This document shows, piece by piece, positions 38,195 through 48,553 of a stretch of 64,000 nucleotides of DNA. The notes under the pieces were generated by a model. It did no database searches and was not told the origin of the DNA. It saw only the letters and a program-made list of their open reading frames with translations. The translations under genes and the position numbers were made by a program. Location of the stretch: positions 223,581-287,580 of the forward strand of contig CAVYYO010000001.1 in NCBI GenBank assembly GCA_963772735.1, read 5' to 3'. The DNA is from an uncultured cyanobacterium (GTDB taxonomy: Bacteria > Cyanobacteriota > Cyanobacteriia > PCC-6307 > Cyanobiaceae). Each line of letters starts with the position of its first letter. The first letter of the stretch is position 1.

Positions 38195-39145
38195 TTACAT
38201 TCCCAGGTCCAGCAGAGCCACCTCCCAGGCCAGCCGCGGTTGCACATAGGCGAGCAGGTGGCTGCGCAACTGCTCGATGCGCCGCAGCGGGGCCGGCTGC
38301 CGGCGAAGCCGCCAGAGCTGCAGTTGCCACCAGTCGAGCAGCCAGAGCTGCTGTTCGCCATCAAGCGCCTCGCTGAGCTCCCTCGCCAGGCTCAGGGCCT
38401 CGATCGGGTCCCTGCCCAGGGTCAGCAGCCGCTCCGCCAGCCCCTCCGGGAGGGCGTCCCAGAAGCGCCGGTGGCGCAGCAGGGCCCCGGGGGAACCTGC
38501 CGCCAGTTCCAGCAGTTCGGGGGGATCGATCCTCGGCGCCTCCCCTTCGTCCGGCAGCCGCTGCAACACCTGCCGCACCAGGGCGGGGGACAGCCGCGCG
38601 AACGGGATGGGCTGGCAACGGGAACGGATCGTGGTCAGCAGTCGTTCGGGTGCGGCCGTCAGCAGGATCAACAGACCATGGCCCGGCTCCTCCAGGGTCT
38701 TGAGCAGGGCGTTGGCGGCCGCTTCGGCCATCGCTTCGGCGGCTTCCAGCACCACCAGGGAGCGATCCCCCTCCACCGGACGACGGGCCAGGAAGCGGGT
38801 CACCTCCCGCACCTGCTCCAGGCGCAGCTGGGGGGGGCTGCGGCGGCTGATGCCCTGCGCCTCGGCCTCGGAGGCCTTCACCAGCCGGCCCTGGTGCTGG
38901 TAGGTGGGCTCGACCCAGAGCAGGTCCGGGTGGTTGCCCTGGGCCAGCCGCCTTCGCAACGGCACAGAGCCGGCGATGCCTCCGGCCAATATCCCCTCGA
39001 GCAGGCGCAGGGCTGCCAGCCGGCGACCCACTCCGTCAGGCCCCACGAACAGATAGGCCGGTGCCAGCCGCTGACGTTCGAGGGCCGCCGTCAGCAGCGT
39101 CACCGCCCTGGCCTGGCCGATCAGATCGGCGAACAGCTCAGCCAT
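38195..39145 (-). CDS. holB: DNA polymerase III subunit delta prime
   Basis: PAYLFVGPDGVGR, NHPDLLWVEP, AANALLKTLEEP, TIRSRCQ. Confidence 0.92.
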   Translation of the reverse strand: MAELFADLIGQARAVTLLTAALERQRLAPAYLFVGPDGVGRRLAALRLLEGILAGGIAGSVPLRRRLAQGNHPDLLWVEPTYQHQGRLVKASEAEAQGISRRSPPQLRLEQVREVTRFLARRPVEGDRSLVVLEAAEAMAEAAANALLKTLEEPGHGLLILLTAAPERLLTTIRSRCQPIPFARLSPALVRQVLQRLPDEGEAPRIDPPELLELAAGSPGALLRHRRFWDALPEGLAERLLTLGRDPIEALSLARELSEALDGEQQLWLLDWWQLQLWRLRRQPAPLRRIEQLRSHLLAYVQPRLAWEVALLDLGM

Positions 39146-39794
39146 GGCCCCCCCGCACCGGTGGCGCCCCCAGGTGGGCCGTGATCAGGTCGCGGCAGCG
39201 GTCCGTCACCTGCTCGGGGGGCAACCCGGCGTCCACCCGCTGCCAGCCCCGCTCCCGGGCCAGGGCCGCGAAACCGTCGCTGACCCGCTGCAGAAAAGCC
39301 TCACCGGAGGCCTCGATGCGGTCGGCGGGCCGATCACCGCGGCGTCGCAGCGAGCCGGCCAGGGGCAGGTCGAGCCAGAGGGTGAGGTCCGCCTCCAGGC
39401 CACCGGTGGCCATGGTCTCGAGCTGATGAATGGTCGACATGGACAGGCCGCGGCCATGGCCCTGGTAAGCGGCGGTGGATCCGGTGAAGCGGTCGCAGAG
39501 CACCCAGTCACCGGCCGCCAGAGCCGGCCGCAGGCACTCCTCCACATGCTGGGCCCTGTCGGCGGCATAGAGCAGCAGTTCGCTGAGGCTGGCGGGGGCG
39601 GCCCCCTCCGGCGGGCTCAGCAGCAGGGCGCGCAGGGCCTGGCCCAGGGCCGTGCCGCCCGGCTCCCGGGTCACCACAAGGCGAGCCCCCGCCCCCATCA
39701 GCCCGCTGGTGGGCAACCAGACCCTGAGGGCCTCGATCTGGGTCGTCTTGCCACAGCCATCGATGCCCTCCAGCACCAGGAAGCATCCCCTCAT
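39138..39794 (-). CDS. tmk: Thymidylate kinase
   Basis: LEGIDGCGKTTQ, TREPGG, ELLLYAADRAQH, DRFTGSTAAYQG. Confidence 0.95.
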   Translation of the reverse strand: MRGCFLVLEGIDGCGKTTQIEALRVWLPTSGLMGAGARLVVTREPGGTALGQALRALLLSPPEGAAPASLSELLLYAADRAQHVEECLRPALAAGDWVLCDRFTGSTAAYQGHGRGLSMSTIHQLETMATGGLEADLTLWLDLPLAGSLRRRGDRPADRIEASGEAFLQRVSDGFAALARERGWQRVDAGLPPEQVTDRCRDLITAHLGAPPVRGGHG

Positions 39795-42211
39795 GGCGGA
39801 GGATCCAGCGGGGAACGCTGCAGCAGGAGAGCATTGCCCACCACGGTGATGGAACTGAAGGCCATCAGCAGGGCCGCCAGTTCCGGCGAGAGGCGCAGGC
39901 CGAAACCCGGCAGCAGGACACCGGCCGCGATCGGCAGCATGATCAGGTTGTAACCGAAGGCCCAGGCCAGGTTCTGGCGGACCTTGGCCATCGTCAGGCG
40001 GGCGATCTCCAGAGCCCGGACGATCCCGGCGAGATCTTCGCCCATCACCACCAGGGAGGCGCTGTCCTGGGCGATCTGGGTGCCCGTGCCGACGGCGATG
40101 CCCAGATCGGCGGCGGCCAGGGCCGGAGCATCATTGACGCCGTCGCCCACCATCGCCACGGTCCCCTGGCGATGGGCCAGCAGGATGCGTTCCAGCTTCT
40201 GCTCCGGCCGCAGCTCCCAGGCCAGTTCCTCGGGCCGCAGACCCAGCCGGCGCCCCAGCAGCTGAACGCTGGCCCGGCGATCGCCGCTGAGCAGGCCCAG
40301 CCGCAACCCCAGCTGCCGCAGGCGGCTCAGGGTGGCGGCGGCATCGCTGCGGGGCCGGTCCTCCACAGCCAGGAGCCCCAGCAGCCCGCCATCCCAGGCC
40401 ACCGCCAGCACGGTGGCGCCGCCGCTCTCCAGCTCCTGCTGGTGGGTCTCGATGGCCGGGTCCACGGCCACCCCGCTCTGCCGCAGCCAGCTCAGCTGGC
40501 CGACCCGCACCGGAACGCCGCCCTCGAGGAGGCCCTGCACCCCATGCCCCGGATGGACCCGGGCCCCTTTGACGGGCAGTGGGGTCACCCCCCGCGCCTG
40601 GGCCTCCTGGAGCAGGGCGTGGGCGAGGGGGTGGCGGCTGTGCTGTTCCAGGCTGGCCGCCAGCTGCACCAGCCGATCGGCCCGGGCCGGCTCCGCGGGA
40701 TGGCCCGGGGCCTCCCCGACGACCCGGAGGGCCGTCACCAGGGGGCGACCGACGGTGAGCGTCCCCGTCTTGTCGAACAGCACCGCCCCGATCCGTGAGG
40801 CGGTCTCGATCGCGTCGCCACCGCGGAACAGCAGCCCCGAGCGGGCCGCCAGGCCCGAGCCCACCGTGATCGCCGTGGGGGTGGCCAGACCCAGGGCACA
40901 GGGGCAGGCCACCACCAGCACGGCGATGGCCAGCTGCAGGGCGAGGGAGAAGGGCGTGGCAGGCCCTGAGCTCCCCCCATGGCCATGGGGCCCGTGGCCC
41001 GCCGCGGCCAGGAGCGCGGGCCAGTGCTGGCTGCCCCACAGCCACCAGAACAGCAGGGTGGCCACCGCCAGAACCAGCACCCCCAGGGTGAAACGCCCGG
41101 CCACCCGATCGGCCAGCCCCTGGATCGGAGCCCTGCGGGCCTGGGCCCGCTCCACCAGGTGCACGATCCGGGCAATGGCGCTCTCGGCGCCGCAGCGGCG
41201 CACCTCCAGCACCAGGGAAGCCTCCAGATTGAGCAGCCCGGCTGCCAGTTCGCACCCCGGCTGCACCGCCCGGGGCAGGGGTTCGCCGGTGAGAGAGGAA
41301 GCGTCGACGCTGGAGGCCCCCTCCAGAACCACCGCGTCCACCGGGACCCGGTCGCCGGGCAGGAGCCGCAGCCGGTCCCCGGGCCGCAGCCCTCCCACCC
41401 GCACCTGGCGCGGGGGACCGTCGCCCAGCAGCAGCAGGGCGAGGTCGGGCTGCAGGGCGGTGAGTTCCTCGATGGCCCGACCGGTCCGATGGCGGGCCCG
41501 TTCCTCCAGGAACCGGCCGGTGAGGACGAAGCCCAGCAGCATCACAGGCTCATTGAAGTAGCAGGGCCAGCCGCTGGCCGGCCAGAGCCAGCCCACCAGG
41601 CTGGAGAGGTAGGCACTGGCCACCCCCAGCCCCACCAGGCTGTCCATGCCGGGGACCCCGGCCAGGGCGGAACGCACACCGCGGATCAGAATCGGCCGGC
41701 CCGGGACCGCCAGGGCCAGGCTGGCCACCAGGGCGTGGAACCAGGGGGTGCCCAGCACGTTCCAGGGACCGCGCCACGCCAGCTGGCCCGCATCGGCCAG
41801 ATGGCCCAGCCCGGAAACGAGCAGAAGCAGCAGGGCCACCACCAGATGGCGCCACTGGCGCCACCAGTGGTCGGTCTGGCGGCGCTCCCGCCCGCTGGAC
41901 GGCTCCAGGCCCTGGGACCGCGGCCGGGCCGGAAAGCCCAGGCCCTCGAGGCCGCTGAGGAGGGCAGGCAGCGGATCCGCCGCCACCCCCTCGGGACCAT
42001 CGACCACCAGCTCAATGTCGACCCAGGCGGTGCGGGTGAGCAGATTGACGCTGGCCTGGAGCACCCCAGGGGTCTGCAGCAGCCGCTGCTCCACGGCGCG
42101 GACGCAGCCACCGCACTTCATGCCCTCCACCTCGAGCAGGACCGGCTCACCGGCCGGCGGCCCCGGCGACGGGGCGGCGCCTGGGGTCGGGGAAGGGGTG
42201 CTGGCGATCAC
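39791..42211 (-). CDS. Cu(I)-transporting P1B-1 ATPase (CtaA-like)
   Basis: GMKCGGC HMA domain, LTGEP, CPC, DKTGTLT, GDGVND, YN and MAFSS membrane ligands. Confidence 0.92.
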   Translation of the reverse strand: MIASTPSPTPGAAPSPGPPAGEPVLLEVEGMKCGGCVRAVEQRLLQTPGVLQASVNLLTRTAWVDIELVVDGPEGVAADPLPALLSGLEGLGFPARPRSQGLEPSSGRERRQTDHWWRQWRHLVVALLLLLVSGLGHLADAGQLAWRGPWNVLGTPWFHALVASLALAVPGRPILIRGVRSALAGVPGMDSLVGLGVASAYLSSLVGWLWPASGWPCYFNEPVMLLGFVLTGRFLEERARHRTGRAIEELTALQPDLALLLLGDGPPRQVRVGGLRPGDRLRLLPGDRVPVDAVVLEGASSVDASSLTGEPLPRAVQPGCELAAGLLNLEASLVLEVRRCGAESAIARIVHLVERAQARRAPIQGLADRVAGRFTLGVLVLAVATLLFWWLWGSQHWPALLAAAGHGPHGHGGSSGPATPFSLALQLAIAVLVVACPCALGLATPTAITVGSGLAARSGLLFRGGDAIETASRIGAVLFDKTGTLTVGRPLVTALRVVGEAPGHPAEPARADRLVQLAASLEQHSRHPLAHALLQEAQARGVTPLPVKGARVHPGHGVQGLLEGGVPVRVGQLSWLRQSGVAVDPAIETHQQELESGGATVLAVAWDGGLLGLLAVEDRPRSDAAATLSRLRQLGLRLGLLSGDRRASVQLLGRRLGLRPEELAWELRPEQKLERILLAHRQGTVAMVGDGVNDAPALAAADLGIAVGTGTQIAQDSASLVVMGEDLAGIVRALEIARLTMAKVRQNLAWAFGYNLIMLPIAAGVLLPGFGLRLSPELAALLMAFSSITVVGNALLLQRSPLDPPP

Positions 42212-42327
42212 GCTGGGGGGCGCCGGAGCGAACAGGGACCGAGGCTCCAGGCTAGGGACCTGTCACCCGAACGCCCTGCCCCTCGGCCGCCCGAGGCAGG
42301 ATGGTGACAAGATCCGGACCTGGACCC

Positions 42328-42849
42328 TTGCCCCGCTCGCAGCGAAACGACAACTTCATCGACAAGAGCTTCACGGTCATGGCCGACCTGATCGTCAAGC
42401 TGCTTCCGATCGATCCCAAGGCGAAGGAGGCGTACGTCTACTACCGCGACGGGCTGTCGGCCCAGAACGACGGCGACTACGCCGAGGCCCTGGAGAACTA
42501 CGAGGAGGCCCTGAAGCTCGAGGAGAACAGCATCGACCGTGGCGAGATCCTCAAGAACATGGCCATCATCTTCATGAGCAACGGTGAGGAGGACAAGGCT
42601 CTCGATTACTACCGCCAGTCCCTGGATGCCAACGCCAACTCCCCCTCCTGCCTCAAGAACATGGGGCTGATCTACGAGAAGTGGGGTCGGCTGGCCGAGG
42701 AGAGCGGCGACCAGGACACGGCGGACCGCTGGTTCGACGAGGCGGCCGTCCACTGGACCAAGGCAGTGCGGCTCTACCCGGGCGGGTATCTGGACATCGA
42801 GAACTGGCTCAAGTCCTCCGGCCGCAGCAACGTCGACGTCTACTTCTGA
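42328..42849 (+). CDS. ycf3: Photosystem I assembly protein Ycf3
   Basis: [29 protein letters not shown], TPRs, IENWLK; TTG start. Confidence 0.95.
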   Translation: MPRSQRNDNFIDKSFTVMADLIVKLLPIDPKAKEAYVYYRDGLSAQNDGDYAEALENYEEALKLEENSIDRGEILKNMAIIFMSNGEEDKALDYYRQSLDANANSPSCLKNMGLIYEKWGRLAEESGDQDTADRWFDEAAVHWTKAVRLYPGGYLDIENWLKSSGRSNVDVYF

Positions 42850-42879
42850 ATTCCGCCACCGGAGTGTTCCGGCCTCGGC

Positions 42880-44355
42880 TCAGCCCCTTTCCGCGGGGTT
42901 CACCCCCAGCCCGGCCACCAGGGCCTCAGCCACCGTGGCCGCCTCCATCAGCCCCAGACCCAGACCCGCCGCCACCGGCCCCAGGGCGCTGCCGCTGGGG
43001 ACCACAACCCGGGTGAAGCCCAGCCGGGCGGCCTCCTGCAGGCGCAGTTCCAGCTGGCCCACGGGCCGCAGCTGGCCCCCCAGACCCAGCTCCCCCAGCA
43101 GCACCGTGCCCGCCGGCAGGGTCAGGTCGCGGTAGCTGGCCACCACCGCCGCGGCCACGCCCAGGTCGGCCGCCGGCTCCTCCACCTCCAGGCCCCCGGC
43201 CACCGCCAGGTAGCAGTCGAACCGCGACAGGGGCAGGCCCATGTGCTTCTCCAGCACCGCCAGAATCTGGTGCAGGCGGTTGGTGCCGACCCCCGTGGCC
43301 GTGCGCCGCGGGCTGGCGTAGCTGGTGGGACTGACAAGGGCCTGGATCTCCACCAGCAGCGAACGGGTGCCCTCGCAGGCCACGATCGTGGCAGTGCCGG
43401 GGCTGGGGCCGTCCCCGGCCAGGAACAGCTCGCTGGGGTTGCTCACTTCCACGAGCCCAGCGCCCTGCATCTCGAACACCCCCAGTTCATGGGTGGCACC
43501 GAAGCGGTTCTTGACGGCCCTCAACAACCGGTGGCTGGCAAAGCGGTCCCCTTCGAAGGTGAGCACGGCGTCCACCAGATGCTCGAGCACCTTGGGCCCC
43601 GCCAGCATCCCCTCCTTGGTGACATGACCCACCAGCACCAGGGCGGTGTGCTGGCGTTTGGCGATGCGCTGCAGGGCGGCGGCACATTCCCGCACCTGGG
43701 ACACCGAGCCGGGGGCGCTGCCCAGTTCGGCGTCGTGAAGGGCCTGGATGCTGTCGATGATCGCCACCGCCGGTCGGAGGGTCTCCAGCTCCTGCAGCAC
43801 CAGCTCCAGATCGGTCTCCGCCAGCAGCCGCAGGCCTTCTCCCTCCTCGCCTGGGGCCGCCTCGTCGCCCCGCTCCCCGGTGGCGGCCGGGCCGTCGTCA
43901 GCCAGACGGCGCCAGCGCAGCTTCACCTGCTGGGCCGATTCCTCCGCGCTGACGTAGAGCACGGCGGTGCGGCTGGCCATGGCCCGGGCGCTCTGGAGCA
44001 GCAGGGTGCTTTTGCCGATGCCCGGATCTCCCCCCAGCAGCACCAGGGAGCCCGGCACCAGGCCGCCCCCCAGCACCCGGTCCAGCTCCCCGTAGCCACT
44101 GGCCAGGCGCTGCAGGGGCCTCTCCCCCACGGCCTCGATCGGTTCGGAGCGGCGGGGTCGGCCCGGCGCCGGAGTCCCCCGGCCATCCGCGCCGGGCCCG
44201 GCGCTGACCACGGGTCGGCGGCGGCGGGAGTCGGTGCTCGCCTCCACCTGCTCCACCAGGGTGTTCCAGCCGCCGCAGCCGGAGCAGCGGCCGAAGAACT
44301 GGCGGGTCCTGGCGCCACAGGCCTGGCAGACGAAGGAGGAACTGGAACGGGCCAA
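42880..44355 (-). CDS. radA: DNA repair protein RadA/Sms
   Basis: Zn finger CQACG...CSGC, GGDPGIGKSTLL, KNRFG, Lon-like C-terminus; TTG start inferred. Confidence 0.95.
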   Translation of the reverse strand: MARSSSSFVCQACGARTRQFFGRCSGCGGWNTLVEQVEASTDSRRRRPVVSAGPGADGRGTPAPGRPRRSEPIEAVGERPLQRLASGYGELDRVLGGGLVPGSLVLLGGDPGIGKSTLLLQSARAMASRTAVLYVSAEESAQQVKLRWRRLADDGPAATGERGDEAAPGEEGEGLRLLAETDLELVLQELETLRPAVAIIDSIQALHDAELGSAPGSVSQVRECAAALQRIAKRQHTALVLVGHVTKEGMLAGPKVLEHLVDAVLTFEGDRFASHRLLRAVKNRFGATHELGVFEMQGAGLVEVSNPSELFLAGDGPSPGTATIVACEGTRSLLVEIQALVSPTSYASPRRTATGVGTNRLHQILAVLEKHMGLPLSRFDCYLAVAGGLEVEEPAADLGVAAAVVASYRDLTLPAGTVLLGELGLGGQLRPVGQLELRLQEAARLGFTRVVVPSGSALGPVAAGLGLGLMEAATVAEALVAGLGVNPAERG

Positions 44356-44456
44356 GGGGTGGGCGCGGTGTGTATGAAGAAAGGTGGCGTTCAGTGAATT
44401 CACGACCTTCCGGCCGGTTCAGTGGGTCGGATCCGTGTTGCATTCTCCGCGCCGCA

Positions 44457-45203
44457 ATGACGGCCTCCCCCACCGCCAAGGAAACCATCCTCGTCGTCGA
44501 TGACGAGGCGAGCATCCGCCGCATCCTGGAAACCCGTCTGTCGATGATCGGTTACCAGGTGGTCACCGCCAGCGACGGTGAAGAGGCGATCGAGGCCTTT
44601 CACCGTGTCCTGCCGGACCTGGTGGTCCTCGACGTGATGATGCCCAAGCTGGACGGCTACGGCGTCTGCCAGGAACTGCGCAAGGAATCGGACGTGCCGA
44701 TCGTGATGCTCACCGCCCTCGGCGACGTGGCGGACCGCATCACAGGCCTGGAACTCGGTGCCGACGACTACGTGGTCAAACCCTTCAGCCCCAAGGAGCT
44801 GGAGGCCCGCATCCGCTGCGTGCTGCGGCGGGTGGAGAAGGAGGCCGGGGCCGGAATCCCCAATTCCGGCGTGATCCAGGTGGGGGATCTGCGCATCGAC
44901 ACCAACAAGCGGCAGGTCTACAGGGGCGATGAGCGCATCCGCCTCACCGGCATGGAATTCAGCCTGCTGGAGCTGCTGGTGAGCCGCTCCGGCGAGCCCT
45001 TCAGCCGGGGCGAGATCCTCAAGGATGTCTGGGGCTACACCCCGGAGCGTCACGTGGACACCCGCGTGGTGGATGTCCACATCTCCAGGCTGCGTTCCAA
45101 ACTGGAGGATGATCCGGCCAACCCCGAGCTCATCCTCACGGCCCGGGGCACCGGTTACCTGTTCCAGCGCATCGTTGAACCCGTTGCCACCGAAGGATCC
45201 TGA
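44457..45203 (+). CDS. rpaB: OmpR-family response regulator RpaB (Ycf27)
   Basis: KETILVVDDEASIRRILETRLSMIGY, RHVDTRVVDVHISRLRSKLEDDP.NPELILTARGTGY. Confidence 0.95.
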   Translation: MTASPTAKETILVVDDEASIRRILETRLSMIGYQVVTASDGEEAIEAFHRVLPDLVVLDVMMPKLDGYGVCQELRKESDVPIVMLTALGDVADRITGLELGADDYVVKPFSPKELEARIRCVLRRVEKEAGAGIPNSGVIQVGDLRIDTNKRQVYRGDERIRLTGMEFSLLELLVSRSGEPFSRGEILKDVWGYTPERHVDTRVVDVHISRLRSKLEDDPANPELILTARGTGYLFQRIVEPVATEGS

Positions 45204-46536
45204 AGGCGGCGGCCGCGACGGACGTCGCCTCGTCACCCACCGCACCAAGCCCAACCGCACGATCCGCCGGCTGGTGATCTGGTACCGGCGCAATGCGGCC
45301 GTGACCAGTCTTGTGGGCACCGCCACCGCCACGGCCAGCGGAGCGGCTTCGGGGGCGGCATCGGTGGCCGGCAGCATGGCCGGCGCCGCCACCAACGTGG
45401 CGGGCTCCGTGCTCCAGCCCCTGGTCTTCGATCCGCTGCGGCGGCTCCAGCAGGGAGGTCACCCAAGCGGCGGCATCGACGACCGCCAGCGCCTCTGGGT
45501 GGCCGTCGACGGCATGGGAGGGGACCATGCGCCCGGCCCGATCCTGGAGGGCTGCCTGAGGGCGGTGGACCTGCTGCCCGTGCGCATCCTCTTCGTGGCC
45601 GAGGCGGAACCGCTGCGCCTGGCGGTGGAGGCCATGGGCCTGGGCCAGGACCTCGACGAGGCCGTGGGGCGCGGCCTGATCCAGCTGGTGCCGAGCGGCC
45701 CCACGGTGGGCATGCATGAGGAGGCCACCGTGGTGCGCCGCAAGCGCGACGCGAGCATCAACGTGGCCATGGACCTGGTCAAGCGGGGCGAGGCCACCGC
45801 CGTCTACTCCGCCGGCAACTCCGGAGCCGTGATGGCCTCGGCGATCTTCCGCCTCGGCCGGCTGGCCGGCATCGACCGACCGGCCATCGGCGCCCTGTTC
45901 CCCACGAAGGATCCCAGCCAGCAGGTGCTGGTGCTCGACGTGGGCGCCAACATGGACTGCAAACCCGAGTGGCTGCACCAGTTCGCCCTGCTGGGCAACA
46001 TCTACAGCCGGGACGTTCTGCAGGTGAAACGCCCCCGCATCGGCCTGGTGAACATCGGCGAGGAGGCGTGCAAAGGCAATGACCTGTGCCTGCGCACCCA
46101 TCCCCTGCTGGCGGGCGATGAGCGCTTCGTGTTCGCCGGCAACTGCGAGGGGCGCGACATCCTCTCGGGCGACTTCGATGTGGTGGTCTGCGACGGCTTC
46201 ACCGGCAACGTGCTGCTCAAGTTCCTGGAATCCGTGGGCAGTGTCCTGCTGGACGTGCTGAAGGCCGAGCTGCCCCGGGGCCGGCGGGGCAAGGTGGGAT
46301 CGGCGTTCCTGCGCAGCAACCTGGTGCGGATCAAGAAGCGCCTCGACCACGCCGAGCACGGCGGTGCCCTGCTGCTGGGGGTCGACGGTGTCTGTGTCAT
46401 CGGCCACGGCAGCAGCCGGGCCCTTTCGGTGGTGAGCGCCCTGCGGCTGGCCCATTCCGCCGCCATCCATGGCGTGATGGACGACCTCCACGCCCTCGGG
46501 GAAGGAAGCGCCGGGGTGGCAACCACCTGTGGTTGA
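45184..46536 (+). CDS. plsX: Phosphate acyltransferase PlsX with N-terminal extension
   Basis: AVDGMGGDHAP, SAGNSGA, LDVGANMDCKP, NIGEE, CDGFTGNV, GHGSS; TTG start inferred. Confidence 0.92.
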   Translation: MPPKDPEGGGRDGRRLVTHRTKPNRTIRRLVIWYRRNAAVTSLVGTATATASGAASGAASVAGSMAGAATNVAGSVLQPLVFDPLRRLQQGGHPSGGIDDRQRLWVAVDGMGGDHAPGPILEGCLRAVDLLPVRILFVAEAEPLRLAVEAMGLGQDLDEAVGRGLIQLVPSGPTVGMHEEATVVRRKRDASINVAMDLVKRGEATAVYSAGNSGAVMASAIFRLGRLAGIDRPAIGALFPTKDPSQQVLVLDVGANMDCKPEWLHQFALLGNIYSRDVLQVKRPRIGLVNIGEEACKGNDLCLRTHPLLAGDERFVFAGNCEGRDILSGDFDVVVCDGFTGNVLLKFLESVGSVLLDVLKAELPRGRRGKVGSAFLRSNLVRIKKRLDHAEHGGALLLGVDGVCVIGHGSSRALSVVSALRLAHSAAIHGVMDDLHALGEGSAGVATTCG

Positions 46537-46561
46537 CTGAGCCAACCTGGGAAAGCAATGG

Positions 46562-47617
46562 GTGCCGCTTGGGGCAGACACCACTGGGACCACGGCCTTC
46601 TTCCAGGGCATGGCCCTGGTGGGCTGCGGCCGTGCCCTTCCCGCCGCCAGCATCCGTAACGATCAGCTGAGCGAGCGGGTCGAGACCAACGACGAATGGA
46701 TCCGAAGCCGCACCGGCATCGGCGCCCGCCGGGTGGCCGGCCCCGGCGAGACCGTCACCAGCCTGGCCGCCGAAGCCGCCCGCCGGGCCCTGGCCCATGC
46801 CGGCTGGGGGGCCGAGGAGGTGGATCTGATCCTGCTGGCCACCTCCAGCCCCGACGACCTGTTCGGCACGGCTCCGCGGGTCCAGGCCGCTCTGGGGGCC
46901 CACCGGGCCGTGGCCTTCGACCTCACCGCCGCCTGCAGCGGCTTTCTCTTCGCCCTGATCACCGCGGCCCAGTACATCCGGGGCGGGACGATGCGGCGGG
47001 TGCTGGTGATCGGCGCCGACCAGCTCAGCCGCTGGCTCGACTGGGACGATCGCCGGACCTGCGTGCTGTTCGGTGACGGAGCCGGGGCCGTGGCCGTCCA
47101 GGCCTGCGACCCTGGCGAGGACGGCCTGCTGGGCTTCCGGATGCACTCCGACGGCAGCCGCAACGCCTGCCTCACCCTGGCGCAGGTGCGGGAACAGCGG
47201 CCCCTGGTGGGGAGCCTCTCCTTCCAGGCGGGGGGATTCGCGCCGATCCACATGAACGGCCAGGAGGTCTACAAGTTCGCCGTGCGGGAAGTGCCCGCCG
47301 TGCTGGCCGACCTCATGGACGCCACCGGCACCGACCCGGCCGACGTGGACTGGCTGCTGCTGCACCAGGCCAACCAGCGGATCCTCGATGCGGTGGCCGA
47401 CCGCTTCGCCATGCCCGCCGACAAGGTGCTGAGCAACCTGGCCGCCTACGGCAACACCTCCGCCGCCACGATTCCCCTGATGCTCGACGAAGCGGTCCGG
47501 GACGGACGGGTGAACAGCGGCGACCTGATCGCCAGCAGCGGCTTCGGCGCCGGCCTCAGCTGGGGGGCCGCCCTGTTCCGCTGGAGGGGTCCGGTGGCAG
47601 CCCCGGCCGAGGTCTAA
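46562..47617 (+). CDS. fabH: 3-oxoacyl-ACP synthase III
   Basis: WIRSRTGI, DLTAACSGF, LHQANQRI, YGNTSAA, GFGAGLSW. Confidence 0.95.
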   Translation: MPLGADTTGTTAFFQGMALVGCGRALPAASIRNDQLSERVETNDEWIRSRTGIGARRVAGPGETVTSLAAEAARRALAHAGWGAEEVDLILLATSSPDDLFGTAPRVQAALGAHRAVAFDLTAACSGFLFALITAAQYIRGGTMRRVLVIGADQLSRWLDWDDRRTCVLFGDGAGAVAVQACDPGEDGLLGFRMHSDGSRNACLTLAQVREQRPLVGSLSFQAGGFAPIHMNGQEVYKFAVREVPAVLADLMDATGTDPADVDWLLLHQANQRILDAVADRFAMPADKVLSNLAAYGNTSAATIPLMLDEAVRDGRVNSGDLIASSGFGAGLSWGAALFRWRGPVAAPAEV

Positions 47618-47644
47618 CCTCCTGCCTTTCAACGGGGTGCTCGA

Positions 47645-48553
47645 ATGGCCATCGCCTGGGTGTTTCCTGGACAGGGATCGCAAGAGCCGGGCATGGCGGA
47701 CGGGGTCATGGACCTGCCAGGGTCCCGCGAACGCTTTGATCGGGCCTCCGGGCTGCTGGGACGCGACCTGCTGGCCATCTGTGCAGGGGCTCAGACCTCC
47801 GAGGGCGGAGATCCCGGAGAACCCAGCGACCTCAACGACACCCGCAACACCCAGCCGGCCCTGTTCGTGATCGAGAGCCTGCTGGTGGACGAGCTGCACC
47901 GCCAGGGGCGCAGCGCCCGGCTGGTGGCGGGCCACAGCCTGGGGGAGCTGGTGGCCCTCTACGCCGCCGGCGTGTTCGATGCCGAGACCGGCCTCGCCCT
48001 GATGCGCCGCCGCAGTGAACTGATGGCCGCCGCCGGGGGCGGTGTCATGACCGCCGTGATGGGCTTCGACCGCGCTGAACTCGAGCGGGTGGTGGCCGCC
48101 ACCGAGGGGGTGGTGATCGCCAATGACAACAGCGCCTCCCAGGTGGTGCTCTCCGGCACGGCGGACGCGGTGGCCGGCGTCACCGCCTCGGTGCGCTGCA
48201 AGCGGGCCATTCCCCTGGCCGTGTCGGGCGCCTTCCACTCCCCTTTCATGGCCGCCGCCGCCGAGGCCTTCGCGGCCGATCTGGAGGCGATCCCCTTCGC
48301 CGAGGCCCGGATCCCCGTGCTCAGCAATGCCGATCCCCGACCTGAAACATCCGCCGCGGTGCTGAAGGAGCGGCTCCGCCAGCAGATGACCCAGGGGGTG
48401 CGCTGGCGGGAAACCATGGAGCAGCTGCAGACCGCCGGCATCTCGACGGCCGTGGAGGTCGGCCCCGGCAATGTGTTGAGCGGGCTGATCAAGCGCAGCT
48501 GCCCTGGGCTCGGAACCGCCCGGATCGCCGGCGCCGCCGACCTGGGCCTGTGA
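47645..48553 (+). CDS. fabD: Malonyl-CoA:ACP transacylase
   Basis: VFPGQGSQ, TQPAL, GHSLGE, VSGAFHS, EVGPG. Confidence 0.95.
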   Translation: MAIAWVFPGQGSQEPGMADGVMDLPGSRERFDRASGLLGRDLLAICAGAQTSEGGDPGEPSDLNDTRNTQPALFVIESLLVDELHRQGRSARLVAGHSLGELVALYAAGVFDAETGLALMRRRSELMAAAGGGVMTAVMGFDRAELERVVAATEGVVIANDNSASQVVLSGTADAVAGVTASVRCKRAIPLAVSGAFHSPFMAAAAEAFAADLEAIPFAEARIPVLSNADPRPETSAAVLKERLRQQMTQGVRWRETMEQLQTAGISTAVEVGPGNVLSGLIKRSCPGLGTARIAGAADLGL

